NCBI GenBank assembly: GCA_002269645.1
Contig: NIVC01002933.1
Location: forward strand, 1 to 64,000
DNA from: Macrostomum lignano
Taxonomy: Eukaryota
Length of the DNA: 64,000 bases
Reading direction: 5' to 3'
This document shows, piece after piece, positions 49,601 to 60,458 of the stretch. Each line of letters begins with the position of its first letter. Positions within the stretch are counted from its first letter, which is position 1. The position numbers and the translations under genes are program-made. Under the pieces are notes generated by a model. It ran no database searches, was not told the DNA's origin, and saw only the letters and a list, made by a program, of their open reading frames with translations.

Positions 49601-51408
49601 GCAACTATTTTATCTCCATAGCAACTATTTTATCTCCATAGCAACCATTGATCTCCATAGCAACTCTTTGATCTCCACAGCAACCATATGGTCTTCATAG
49701 CAACTACATGATCTTCATAGCAACTCTAGGATACCATAGCAACCGTAGGGTCACCATAGCAACTCTAGGATCCCATAGCAACTCTAGGATCCCATAGCAA
49801 CTCTAGGATTCCATAGCAACTCTAGGATTTCATAGCAACCGTGGGATCACCATAGCAACTCTAGGATTTCATAGCAACCGTAGGATCACCATAGCAACTC
49901 AAGGATTTCATAGCAACCGTAGGATCACCATAGCAACTCTAGGATTTCATAGCAACCGTAGGATCACCATAGCAACTCTAGGATTCCATAGCAACTCTAG
50001 GATTCCATAGCAACTACATGGTCGTCATAGCAACTCTAGGAGACCATAGAAATTCTAAGGATCTTCATATTAACTTTGGAAATATCGATAGCAGCCGTCA
50101 GATCGCCATAGCAATCGTAGGATTACCATACCAACCGTAGGATCACCATAGCAACCGTAGGATCACCATAGCAACCGTAGGACACCATAGCAACCGTAAG
50201 ATCACCATAGCAACCGTAGGATTACCATAGCAACCTCAAGATTGCCATAGCAAGTTCCGTATGATCACCAGAGCAAGCATAGGATCACCATAACAACCAT
50301 AAGATCACCATAGCAACCGTAGGATCACCATAGCAACCGTATGATCACCATAGCAACCGTAGGATTGCCATAGCCACCGTAGGATCGCCATAGCAAACAC
50401 AGGATCGCCATAGCAACACCAGACAATGGAGCAGTTCACAGTTCACTCACAGCAGCTCCGCCGCTGGCTGCCCGCAGCCGCCTGATCTCCTGCAGCATCT
50501 TCACGATGATCCGCTTGAGCCTCTCCGGCTCCTCTCTGGCTGGTAGGCGCCGCTCCTCCAGCTGAGCGCAGCGGGTGCGCAGAGCCTCCAGCCTGCGGAG
50601 GGTGCAGTCGGTCAGCACCCGCTGCTGCTGGGCGTCGGCGCGGGCCTCCGCCAAGGCGACCGCGGCAGCTGCCGCCTCCTGCGTCAGGCAGTGGCTGCGG
50701 TGGCGCTCGCGACTGAGCTGGGACCGAGGGAAGGAGGAAGACAGAATGATAAAATGAGAATTCTCGGTTGAATGGAGTCAAAACTCAGCCATGCTACTAT
50801 TAGTAGGCCAAATCTGACTTTTTTTGCCTTACCTCATCCCGCAAGGCCTCAAACTCCTGTGGTTTGCCGGCATCCAAGGCTGCTGCGGTTCGCCTCTGAC
50901 GTTCCGATTGAAGCTCTGAGGAAACCTGTGGGTAAAGAGAGGGAAGGGCCAGTTTGAGGGAGACTGCAGGGGTGCAGGGGTTAAGCTAGGGTGCAGGGGT
51001 TAAGCTGGGGTGCAGGGGTTAAGCTGGGGTGCAGGGGTTAAGCTGGGGTGCAGGGGTTAAGCTGGGGTGCAGGGGTTAAGCTGGGGTGCAGGGGTTAAGC
51101 TGGGGTGCAGGGGTTAAGCTGGGGTGCAGAGGTTAAGCTGGGGTGCAGGGGGTTAAGCTGGGGTGCAGGAACACAACTGGGACTCGAACCTTCAAATACT
51201 GATCCTGCAGGTTGTCAATCTGGTCCTGCATTTTCCGTGTCGCCAGCCGCTGGGCTTCGATGAGGGCGTCGAGCGCGGCCATTTGTTCGTCGGGGCCGTC
51301 AGCAGCAGCGGTGGCAGCGGGTTCGCAGTAGGCATCGTCGGAGCGCAGCGCAGCGAACGGATCGCCGTCCCCGCACGGCCGGCGGTGCGCCTGCAGGCGG
51401 TGCTCCAT
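46625..51408 (-). CDS. 533-aa coiled-coil protein with a C-terminal module resembling the CTTNBP2 / Neuron navigator (UNC-53) post-AAA region
   Basis: Exons are 51408-51190, 50717-50451, 49415-49047, 48945-48870, 47534-47077 and 46837-46625; phases 0,0,0,1,0 are all consistent. Exon 5 (DLLDWLSGLPDRFNKQLQAL...VGPALLVDCP...VVDWLVRVWNDRL...LLDTGCPLP) follows the W...LN..L..GP..FLSCP...W...LWN...HGCPLP pattern recalled for CTTNBP2. This resemblance is from memory and was not searched. Confidence 0.7.
46903..47062. repeat. 21-bp repeat (CTACAGAGTGAACTCCTCAAT), ~7.5 copies, intron 5
   Basis: Read directly from the sequence. Confidence 0.94.
47690..48858. repeat. ~23-bp C-rich repeat (CCACCTGTCCCTCCCTGACCTCC), ~50 copies, intron 4
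   Basis: Read directly; G-rich on the transcribed-sense (minus) strand. Confidence 0.96.
49555..50420. repeat. ~20-bp degenerate repeat (CCATAGCAACCGTAGGATCA), intron 2
   Basis: The CATAGCAAC core recurs throughout. Confidence 0.93.
50962..51168. repeat. 19-bp repeat (GGGGTGCAGGGGTTAAGCT), ~10 copies, intron 1
   Basis: Read directly from the sequence. Confidence 0.95.
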
Positions 51409-51753
51409 CAATGGGTCGCGCGCATCGGCACACGGGGAGTCAGAGTGCGCTGCACTGCTGCCAAGTCTGCTGAAAGGCGTCGCTGGCAGATGCGGTCATT
51501 TGGAACAATTGGAGGTCATTACAGACTACCAGAAGGCTCAGAAAAATACTAGCAATCTAGTGCCCCCCCTTCAGGGCGGCCGATTAGAAAGGGACAAAAT
51601 TTATTTATTTAAATCCTGGTAGCGATTAGTATGGTGTCACTGGTAACAATAAACATGGTGTCTTAAAGTATGAGTACACATAAAAAACTTTCGAACCATT
51701 TATAAAATTCACATTGCAGAATCAGTTTCTAAGAATCTACTAATCTTAGAAAC

Positions 51754-52200
51754 CCAGTCAGGTTTGACATGATCCCCAGTCAGGTTTGACATGATCCCCA
51801 GTCAGGTTTGACATGATCCCCCAGTCAGGTTTGACATGATCCCCCAGTCAGGTTTGACATGATCCCCAGTCAGGTTTGACATGATCCCCCAGTCAGGTTT
51901 GACATGATCCCCCAGTCAGGTTTGACATGATCCCCCAGTCAGGTTTGACATGATCCCCAGTCAGGTTTGACATGATCCCCCAGTCAGGTTTGACATGATC
52001 CCCAGTCAGGTTTGACATGATCCCCCAGTCAGGTTTGACATGATCCCCCAGTCAGGTTTGACATGATCCCCCAGTCAGGTTTGACATGATCCCCAGTCAG
52101 GTTTGACATGATCCCCCAGTCAGGTTTGACATGATCCCCCAGTCAGGTTTGACATGATCCCCCAGTCAGGTTTGACATGATCCCCCAGTCAGGTTTGCAA
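51754..52200. repeat. 23/24-bp repeat (CAGTCAGGTTTGACATGATCCCC[C]), ~19 copies
   Basis: Read directly from the sequence. Confidence 0.96.
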
Positions 52201-52267
52201 TGATCCCTCAATCAGTTTTACAATGATCCCCCAAGTTCAATAATAGTTTTCTTATCTCGCGAAATAA

Positions 52268-52412
52268 CAGTTTTCACATCTAGTGCAATAATCGTTTTCA
52301 CATCTAGTGCAATAATCGTTTTCACATCTAGTGCAATAATCGTTTTCACATCTAGTGCAATAATCGTTTTCACATCTAGTACAATAATCGTTTTCACATC
52401 TAGTGCATTAAT
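52268..52412. repeat. 27-bp repeat (TTTTCACATCTAGTGCAATAATCG...), ~5 copies
   Basis: Read directly from the sequence. Confidence 0.92.
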
Positions 52413-52494
52413 CGTTTTGTCATTGAGTGTAATAATTGTTTGAAATCGCATGATTTAAATCTTTTATTTATAACTTTTAATAAAAAAAGTTTAT

Positions 52495-52562
52495 ACTACA
52501 AAGATTCGAACCCTGGCCATTGCATTAGCACTCCAATCTGTTCACATCTAGGCTAGCTCTCA
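52495..52562 (-). pseudogene. tRNA-derived relic or SINE head
   Basis: The minus strand has an A-box-like TAGCCTAGATG and a B-box GGTTCGAAT within a pairable T arm. The acceptor stem does not pair. Confidence 0.3.
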
Positions 52563-53024
52563 TTGAATTAATTAAATGAATTGTAGCACTTATATAATTC
52601 AATACACGAAACAGTTATGACATAATCAATTTCTTAGGCAAGTCAGTACCAGTCTCTATTAAAGTTAGCAATATGGTTATGCAATATAAATCAAGTGTTG
52701 TGCTATGCTTCCACACTGCAGTTTCAATACTGTGACGCAATTCAATTCTGTGTCAAAATTCAGCCAGTACACAGACTGAATAAAAAAAGCTTGGTGTGAT
52801 GTAATCTATTTCAGAATCAGAATTCAACCAGTCAGTTTTTTCTCTAGCATTCTAGGTCAAAAGTTTGCTGAACCTTGCAAAAAAGCATGTTTTTCGAATA
52901 TTTAATCCCTTTAGCAGTAAGCAATTTCTTAGCCAAGACACATGAACTGTCACAGGAAAATTTCTGATCAAACAGTGCAAGTCTCATGAAAATTGGTTAA
53001 GCTGTTTTTTTTCTCTAATCGATT

Positions 53025-53457
<433 letters not shown>

Positions 53458-56189
53458 ATTTTCATTTTTAGTATATAGGAATTATATTAGAATTATTAGA
53501 CTTGCATTAAATCTCAATTGAATGTTAACCATAGCAGAGTATGATTGTGAAAAGCAGTTTTTATCTTGAACACTTTAAAAAGTCAATTACCTGATCTAAT
53601 CAGAGACAATCTTTTGTTTATTAATTTGTGAATAATAGAGAATCAAAAGCCAACTAATAATTAATATCTAATCAAGTTTTTATTGTCTCAAAAATTTAAT
53701 TATTGAAAAAATTAGTGAGATTATATACAAATAATGAATGCACAATATGCATAAATATGCATCATAGGTATAATTAAATGCTAGCAATCAATCTTACTTT
53801 TTAATAATAATATAGCCTATCTATTAAGGTGGCCCATAGCTCAATGAGTGAAAAATACTGCAGTCTACCTTTACTTATATTCCCTTTATCATAGTAGTTC
53901 ATATACCAAATAATAGTATAATAATTGAAAAATATTTAGAGGTGCCACAAAAGACTAAATTAGGTAATATAACTAAGCTTTGAGGTTTTGCATTTTTCTT
54001 AAAAAATGCTATCTTAGGCCTATTGCAATACCACTAAAACTTTAAAATTCATAGATTATGGAGGCAATGGAAATGACCAAAGGAACAGGGGCAAGGACAA
54101 CTACTTTTCTTTCAAAAAGCGACTTTTGACCACCCTGATATGCATTCAACCTATATATAATAAAGTTATTTGTAATTATTTCAGGCTTAAGAAATATAAT
54201 AAAAATAGAGGTTATTTAAATTGTTACAATGTTACTTTATGTTGGTTGATCTATCAAGGGCTAGGTCTATACTTAAAGTCAATTATATATTATACACATT
54301 TACCAATTTGCAAAAAAAATTCTATATAGTTCAAAACTCCTAAGGGTAGATCAGAGGCAGATTGTTAAAAATTTAAATTACCAGGTATAAACAGATGTTT
54401 TTAGGTACAGTATGCTCTGTACCTTCACATAGAAAACCTAGAGTATATATGCATGACTAGACTACACAATATAATATAATATGCATTAAAGCATAAAGCA
54501 TAAAGTGTGTTTGCCAAGTTAAGCAATCTTCTTTATCAGTCACATCTATATTTCAATTTCCCTATTTCTTTATCAATGTACAGTTGGAACCTACTATGTT
54601 TAGTGAGGATTGAGAAAAGGCAAGAAATAAAACTGTACTTTGTTCCTAAATAGGAAACAAAAAGTTTAGAGATATATTCATATAATCAAGAAAAACCTAC
54701 CTCTTAGAGTTCTGTCTTCATAATTTATACCCATGCATAACAAGAATGGCATGGCCTATTATACTGTGAATTTGCTATGAATGAGACTTGGTTCTTGGTT
54801 TTTTGGAATGCATTAATTAAAAAATGTCAAAAAGCTAACAATCATTTGCTAATATATTGCATGAATGTTATTGAGAACAAAGAAATATATATTCTTATCT
54901 TATTGTATATTTTGCCTGATAGTGATATATATTTTTTTAAAAAGTAGAATTTTATTTATATAATAGATTGCCTATGTCTATACTATTTATTTTATTTCAG
55001 TATTAACATTTTATTGATGGCTTATTCAATTGGAGTGCCTATTGGCCCAATGAAGAAGAATTCTTATTAGATAGGTAGCAACATAGCCATGATTTTTAGA
55101 AGAGTCTATCTAATATATTAAAAAGCATTGATCTAAAAAATATCAAAGGAAATATATAGCAATATTATTAAAAAACACAAAAAACAAAAAATTAAACCAG
55201 ATTTTTATTTTAATAAAATGGTTCTGCAAAAAAATACATAATGATACCAAAATTAAATTATCCAAATCTTCTATACCTATGCACCTATGTAGAATCAATT
55301 CATTTGAATAAGAGCTCTATTCAAGCAAATAGTTTCAAAACGCATGATCTAGACAATAAATAGACTGATACTCTAATACTCAGTAACTCAGATCAGGTGG
55401 CCTGTACGCCGAACTAAAAATTGGCGTACACTCGGCGTACATTTGTGCATGCAAATAAACAATTTGGCATTAAAACCAGTAGCAGCTTGACGCTGGAGTT
55501 ATAATTAATCATCATACGCCATTTGCCACTTGCCAGTTGCCAATGCCATGAGGAAAGTGAACACGAAAACTAAAGCTTAATATTTAAAATTCCGACTCGT
55601 CTTTATAGTTGAATTTCATTGTATAATTAATTGCGCGATCATTAAAATAAATATGTGATTATTCACTTCTATGCCATATTTTGTGTTTATCATGTTTAGG
55701 AAAGTGTGTTTTAAATATTTTTATAACCTTTTTGTAGTTCTTCGCTTCTAAAACTTGTGTGTAATTGAATTTTTGCCGGATTCGCTTGACAATCCAATTA
55801 CAGAGTGTTTCCTGGCAGGCGCGGATCCAGAAAATCTTGAACCGATGCACATTACTAAGTTATTAAAACCATATGAATTTCATATACACAAAACACAATT
55901 TCAAGGGTTTAAGCCAAGAACCACTATATAGCTATATGGCTATGGCTATATGGCTATATATAGTTATATACAGTGGTCCTTGGTTTAAGCTAGTGTACAA
56001 AAAATAAGACACTTGCACACCAGGGCCAGAAATCATTGTCTTAAAAAAACTCAGCCATTCATAAGCACCTGCTTGATGTGATGAGTTGTTAGTGTGAGCC
56101 AATTTATTTAATTATTTAACATTATTGATCGTAGCAACTTTGACTTTAAACTGACCATTCTCGAAGCTCGCTCCGTAGTAAACAAATTT

Positions 56190-57000
56190 TAATTAAACAC
56201 ATCAGAACAACAGCAACAAAATTCGCGGTCTGCATCACAGGGGTGCCACATGGCCAGATCGTAAAAGAACGCCACGCCGCCGACCGAATCCGGGGCGCCG
56301 GCGTCAGCCAGCATGCAGTCGATGAAACGCCGAGTGCGGGCCTGCCGCCCCCGGTAGGGTGCCGGCAGCGTTAGCAGCAGCACCTACTGCATCAGTTGTG
56401 GGCAGTTGGTCTCAGTGTGGATGATGTGACTTGCCAGCTGAAGTCGCCGACGGCGCAGCAGGTCTCTTGGACGGACCAGGCAATGCCGCGTTGGTCTACT
56501 CGCTCGTAACCGATCTTGAAAGCGCAGGCCAGTGTGAGCCGCGTCAACAAAGAGAAACTGCTGACAACTCGATACTCGATAGCTCCGTCGCCTGTCCATC
56601 AGCGCTTCGGCACACGAAATCGCAGAGCACAACGGTTTTCTGAGCGTTGACCACCAGGCCGACGCTCGCCGCAACGGCTACCAGCTTATCCTGCAGTTGT
56701 CGCTGGGCGCCCTCGACAGTTAAGGACAGCAGGGCGAGATCGTCGGCGTAGCCAAGCACGCTGAGCCGTCTCTCCGGTGGACGTCGACACACGCGTCGCC
56801 GAAACAGAGAGCCGTCGCCGTTGGTAGGAAGAGCGGTCCGCAGCGCCCAGTCAAGCACCAGAACAAACAGGAACGGCGCAAGCGTATCTCCCTGAAGCAC
56901 CCCGGATGATGTCTCAAAGAAGTCCGATAGGCCGTCCAATGTTGAAACATCAGCTCCCGTATCTCCTCTGCTGGCAACGACATCTCCGGCGGCAGCGTCT
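56190..57000 (-). mobile_element. Decayed non-LTR retrotransposon reverse transcriptase fragment (RTE/CR1-like)
   Basis: The translation shows GVLQGDTLAPFLFVLVLDW (RT motif B), LGYADDLALL (catalytic YADD) and GLVVNAQKT. It is 5'-truncated and frameshifted downstream. Confidence 0.85.
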
Positions 57001-57439
57001 AATTGTCTGGCAGCGGGGGTGGCGGCGGCGGTCGCGACAGATCGCCACGGATCATTATTGTAACAGGTAGGATTTTGTGTCCATCCTGCCTGCACCTTCT
57101 GCTCACGTCGGATAACAAAGAATTGAACTCGAAGCACGGTTTTCTGGGCCCAGGCTGCTGCGGCCTACAGCCCAGCCGAGGCAATGGCCATGCCTTTAGG
57201 CCCGCAGATGCGGGCGGGAGAAAGTGAAGCGAGCGCCTCCACTACTGTCTCTCCTTTTATTTAAAACACAGCAGAACATGCGCGTGGGAACGTAAACTCT
57301 TATAGGCTACATAGAACAAAATGCAAATTACGCAGCAAGTTTTAGGTGCAGCCGTCCTTCGCAAATATGACTGCATTCTATGCAGCTCATAATTATATTC
57401 TGCTCATTAACACGCAATTTCAACGACGCAAAGCAATAT

Positions 57440-58030
57440 TAATCAATCACATCCCAACAGCAAAAGAAACGAACAGCAGGCAAGCAAACGTCTATGGCCG
57501 AAGCAGCGTGAGAGGTGGGAAAAGCGACCCCAACCCCGGAAAAGGAGGAGAAAGGAGAGAACAGGGGGATATAAGCAAGGAGGCAGTCAAGGTTGCAAAG
57601 CCAGGCCACGAACGCCAAGGTAAAACGCCAAAGGGCCAATACAACGAGCGAGTAAGCAGTCAAGAGGCCAGGCAGGCGGGCAAAGGACGCCTCATCAGAG
57701 AAATACCGAAAGACGCAGTCTGAACGCCAGTCGCCCATGCAACGGATGTCGGCGATTGAGAGGCCTGACTGAAAGGCAGCGCTGGCCCCCACTCTAGGCA
57801 GACTGTGACCCGAGAAGCCGCACTCGCCAAAGCCGCACAGAGACATGCCCCGCTTTAGGAGCCGGATGAACATAGCGGCAGACAAGAGAGTCCGGCCGCG
57901 GCTGCCTAGGACAGAAAACAGGGGCTGCTGCGACGCACTCGCGCAGATGAGTTGCTAGTGCGGAAGCGGGGCAGATAGGCCGGCATTCGGAGGCCTGTGG
58001 CAGAAAAACTTTTAGTTGCCTGCCCAACAA
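57440..58030 (-). mobile_element. Decayed tyrosine recombinase fragment of DIRS/Ngaro-type retroelement style
   Basis: FSGHSLPRVGASAAFQSG...IRCMGDWRSDCVFRY matches the H-S-L-R / G-x-W-x-S...Y catalytic region. ICPASALATHL...VF lies upstream in another frame. Confidence 0.75.
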
Positions 58031-58763
58031 TTAAAGTCTGGAAAGATAAGTGAGGCAAATCTGCCCTAATTATAATCTGTATAATAAATTCTATTTTTTT
58101 TTATTTAAAGTATTTTACAGTTAACTATGCATTCAAATGAAAATATTCACAAAGACGAGTAAATATGCACACACAGAAAGTCGCAAAGTCGCAATGGTCA
58201 ACGATCGTGATGAATATTTTTGAAAGCAGCAACAGAAAACGCCAATATACACTCGTACATGTTCAATATTGTTACACAACAATGTACCTACATTTGTATG
58301 CTATAATACACATAATTACAGAATCGATTTTTACATTAGTACGGTATTAATTATTTACAACAAAGAAAGACAAGTGAAGAAACGCGAAAGACGAAAAGAC
58401 AAAGTAAAGAAACGAAAGACAAGTCAAGAGAATTTCTTTCATGTATTTCAAACATTGTTAGTCGTTTTGTCTTGGCCCTCCGTTGCCAGTTTCTTTAGCT
58501 TCAGCAGCTTCTGTGTAGCGCCATCAATAATAAAATCGATAACAAGACTTTCCCGTGAACGGCAACTTCCTGTTCGAAATCGCGAACTCCTGCTGATGAT
58601 TTCGTTGGCTTCAAAGAAAAGAAGTTGCATCTGGGTGCCTGTTGCTTTCTGCTTGATGGCAAGGCACTTTGACTTCTTTGGTCAATTCAAAGCAGAATAT
58701 TCAGCAGAGTGCTGCCAGACACTGCTCAGTTGAAGCAGTTGCTTAACTCCAATGTGAAATTAC

Positions 58764-60458
58764 TCAGAATTTTCGCTCCGACCCGCGCTCCCGAGTGCTG
58801 CCCGTCCTGCGCTCCTTGATTTCCACCTGCAGGAAGCAGCTGTTCTCCTTGACGCACCTTTCCCTGAATTCGTCCAGCGTAGCCAGCTTCGGCTCCCCGC
58901 AGCAAACCAGGAAGTCGCCCTCCGCAGCCGTAGGCCGCTGCTTGCTTGTCGTGTCAATCGGCAAAGTCTTCACAAAGTCGTGCCGGCGGTCTTTCAGGTT
59001 GACCAGTCTGATCATGACTTCAGCGACGATCGGCCAGTCGCGGGGGTCGTCCACCTGGCTGGCGATGTGCACAATGTACACCGACAGATGGCTGTTGAAG
59101 CCAGTCTCCCAGCCGTTCAAGTACAGCTGGATTCGGAAAGCTGGACCGAACCGGCGGAGAAAGAAAGGCACCGAGCATTCGGGAGTCAGAGACTCGCGCT
59201 GCTTTGCCGTCAGGTCCTTCAGCCTCCAGGTCAGACTGCCGTCATAGCTAGTGGATTCCAGGTCCAGCAGTCGGGTTTCCAGTTTCGCCAATTGCTGCAG
59301 CAGCGGCTGCTGAAGTGCATCCCGATTCGGCAGCACCGAGCTTGACGTCGGTGATGCATCGTTTTCCCGACCCGTCCTCCGGTGTTCAAGCTGGCGAGCT
59401 CTGTCACCAAAGTTCTGCAGCGACTGGCGCATCTGGGATATACCTCCGAACCTGTCAGCCACCTGCTCGAACTCAAGCATCGTGTGGGCCCAGTTAGCAA
59501 CGCTTATCTGCATCTTCTTGAATGCTTCTTGTATGCACTCCGTTTTCCGTTTCAGCTCAGAGAGCTCTTGAGCTGAATGAGGCAGTTCCTCTATGCCGCT
59601 ACGAGTAGTACGCATCGATGGCATCGGTGGCCAAGGAATCGCAGCGGCAGATCCAAGTTGCCGTAGCTTCTCATCTAAGAGAGTGATGTGCGCGTCCGAA
59701 CCCTCCTTGTAGTGCCTCTCCAGATCGGACCTGCGCACCATCGCCCTGCAGCCCAGGTGAGAGTACTTGCACTCTACCGGTCTCTCATGACACTCCGACA
59801 GGTGAGCAACGTAAGCACGTCTATCCAGTTTTTTTCTACTGTTGCAGTGAGGACAGCGAGCTGAGAATCTCGGACAGCACACATCGGACTGCAGATTCCT
59901 GTGACTGGTCTCCATCTCGCTGTGTGTGACCAGCTGAGAGCACAGGTCGCAGGTCTCCTTCCTGTGGCGACACTCGCTGCTGGTGTGTCGCTGCATGTCC
60001 TTCTTCAGGATGAGCTCTTTGCACTGCTCACAGCGGAGTGAGTGCCAGTCGCAGCTCTGTTGCACATGCTGGTCCATGCGAGCCCATTCGAGTTGGACAG
60101 AGCAGCCGGCGTCGCAGTTCGGACAGCGGACTCGCAGCTTGGCGACTTCGCGTCTCGTCGCCATGTCGGGAAAGCAGGTAGCCTGGCTCACCTCGACCTC
60201 GCCGCCGCCGTCGCCGTCGCCGACGTCCTCCTCCGAGTGGTGGTCTCTGAGTGTGCAGGCCTCGGTGTTTCCGGGACAGGGCCGCTTCTCCACCTCGTGC
60301 AGCAGGCCGGTGACGCAGGCCTGGCACAGGCGGCACCCGTGCGGAGTCTGTCGGGCGTTGAAGAGCGGCTTGGAGCAGCTGCTGCACTGCAGGTGAGCCG
60401 GTAGAGCAGAGACCGGCCTTGCTCCCGACACTCGCTCAGAAAGTTCCAACTGGGACAT
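58764..60458 (-). CDS. TRAF-family protein, 564 aa, intronless ORF: RING, TRAF zinc fingers, coiled coil, MATH domain
   Basis: RING-like CSSC...QTPHGCRLCQAC; FPDMATRREVAKLRVRCPN; repeated CxxC/H zinc fingers; MATH motifs YDGSLTWRL, SVPFF, LYLNG, HLSVY, DWP, QRP. Confidence 0.93.
   Translation of the reverse strand: MSQLELSERVSGARPVSALPAHLQCSSCSKPLFNARQTPHGCRLCQACVTGLLHEVEKRPCPGNTEACTLRDHHSEEDVGDGDGGGEVEVSQATCFPDMATRREVAKLRVRCPNCDAGCSVQLEWARMDQHVQQSCDWHSLRCEQCKELILKKDMQRHTSSECRHRKETCDLCSQLVTHSEMETSHRNLQSDVCCPRFSARCPHCNSRKKLDRRAYVAHLSECHERPVECKYSHLGCRAMVRRSDLERHYKEGSDAHITLLDEKLRQLGSAAAIPWPPMPSMRTTRSGIEELPHSAQELSELKRKTECIQEAFKKMQISVANWAHTMLEFEQVADRFGGISQMRQSLQNFGDRARQLEHRRTGRENDASPTSSSVLPNRDALQQPLLQQLAKLETRLLDLESTSYDGSLTWRLKDLTAKQRESLTPECSVPFFLRRFGPAFRIQLYLNGWETGFNSHLSVYIVHIASQVDDPRDWPIVAEVMIRLVNLKDRRHDFVKTLPIDTTSKQRPTAAEGDFLVCCGEPKLATLDEFRERCVKENSCFLQVEIKERRTGSTRERGSERKF

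Noticed and set aside
50962-51168. Possible interstitial telomeric repeat
   Set aside because: The unit is 19 bp (GGGGTGCAGGGGTTAAGCT), not TTAGGG.
52495-52562. Functional tRNA gene
   Set aside because: The acceptor stem does not pair and the D arm is poor; kept only as a low-confidence relic.
55001-55080. DGLFNWSAYWP peptide resembling a glycoside hydrolase family 71 motif
   Set aside because: There is an in-frame stop just upstream and no other supporting motif nearby, so it is too short to separate from chance.
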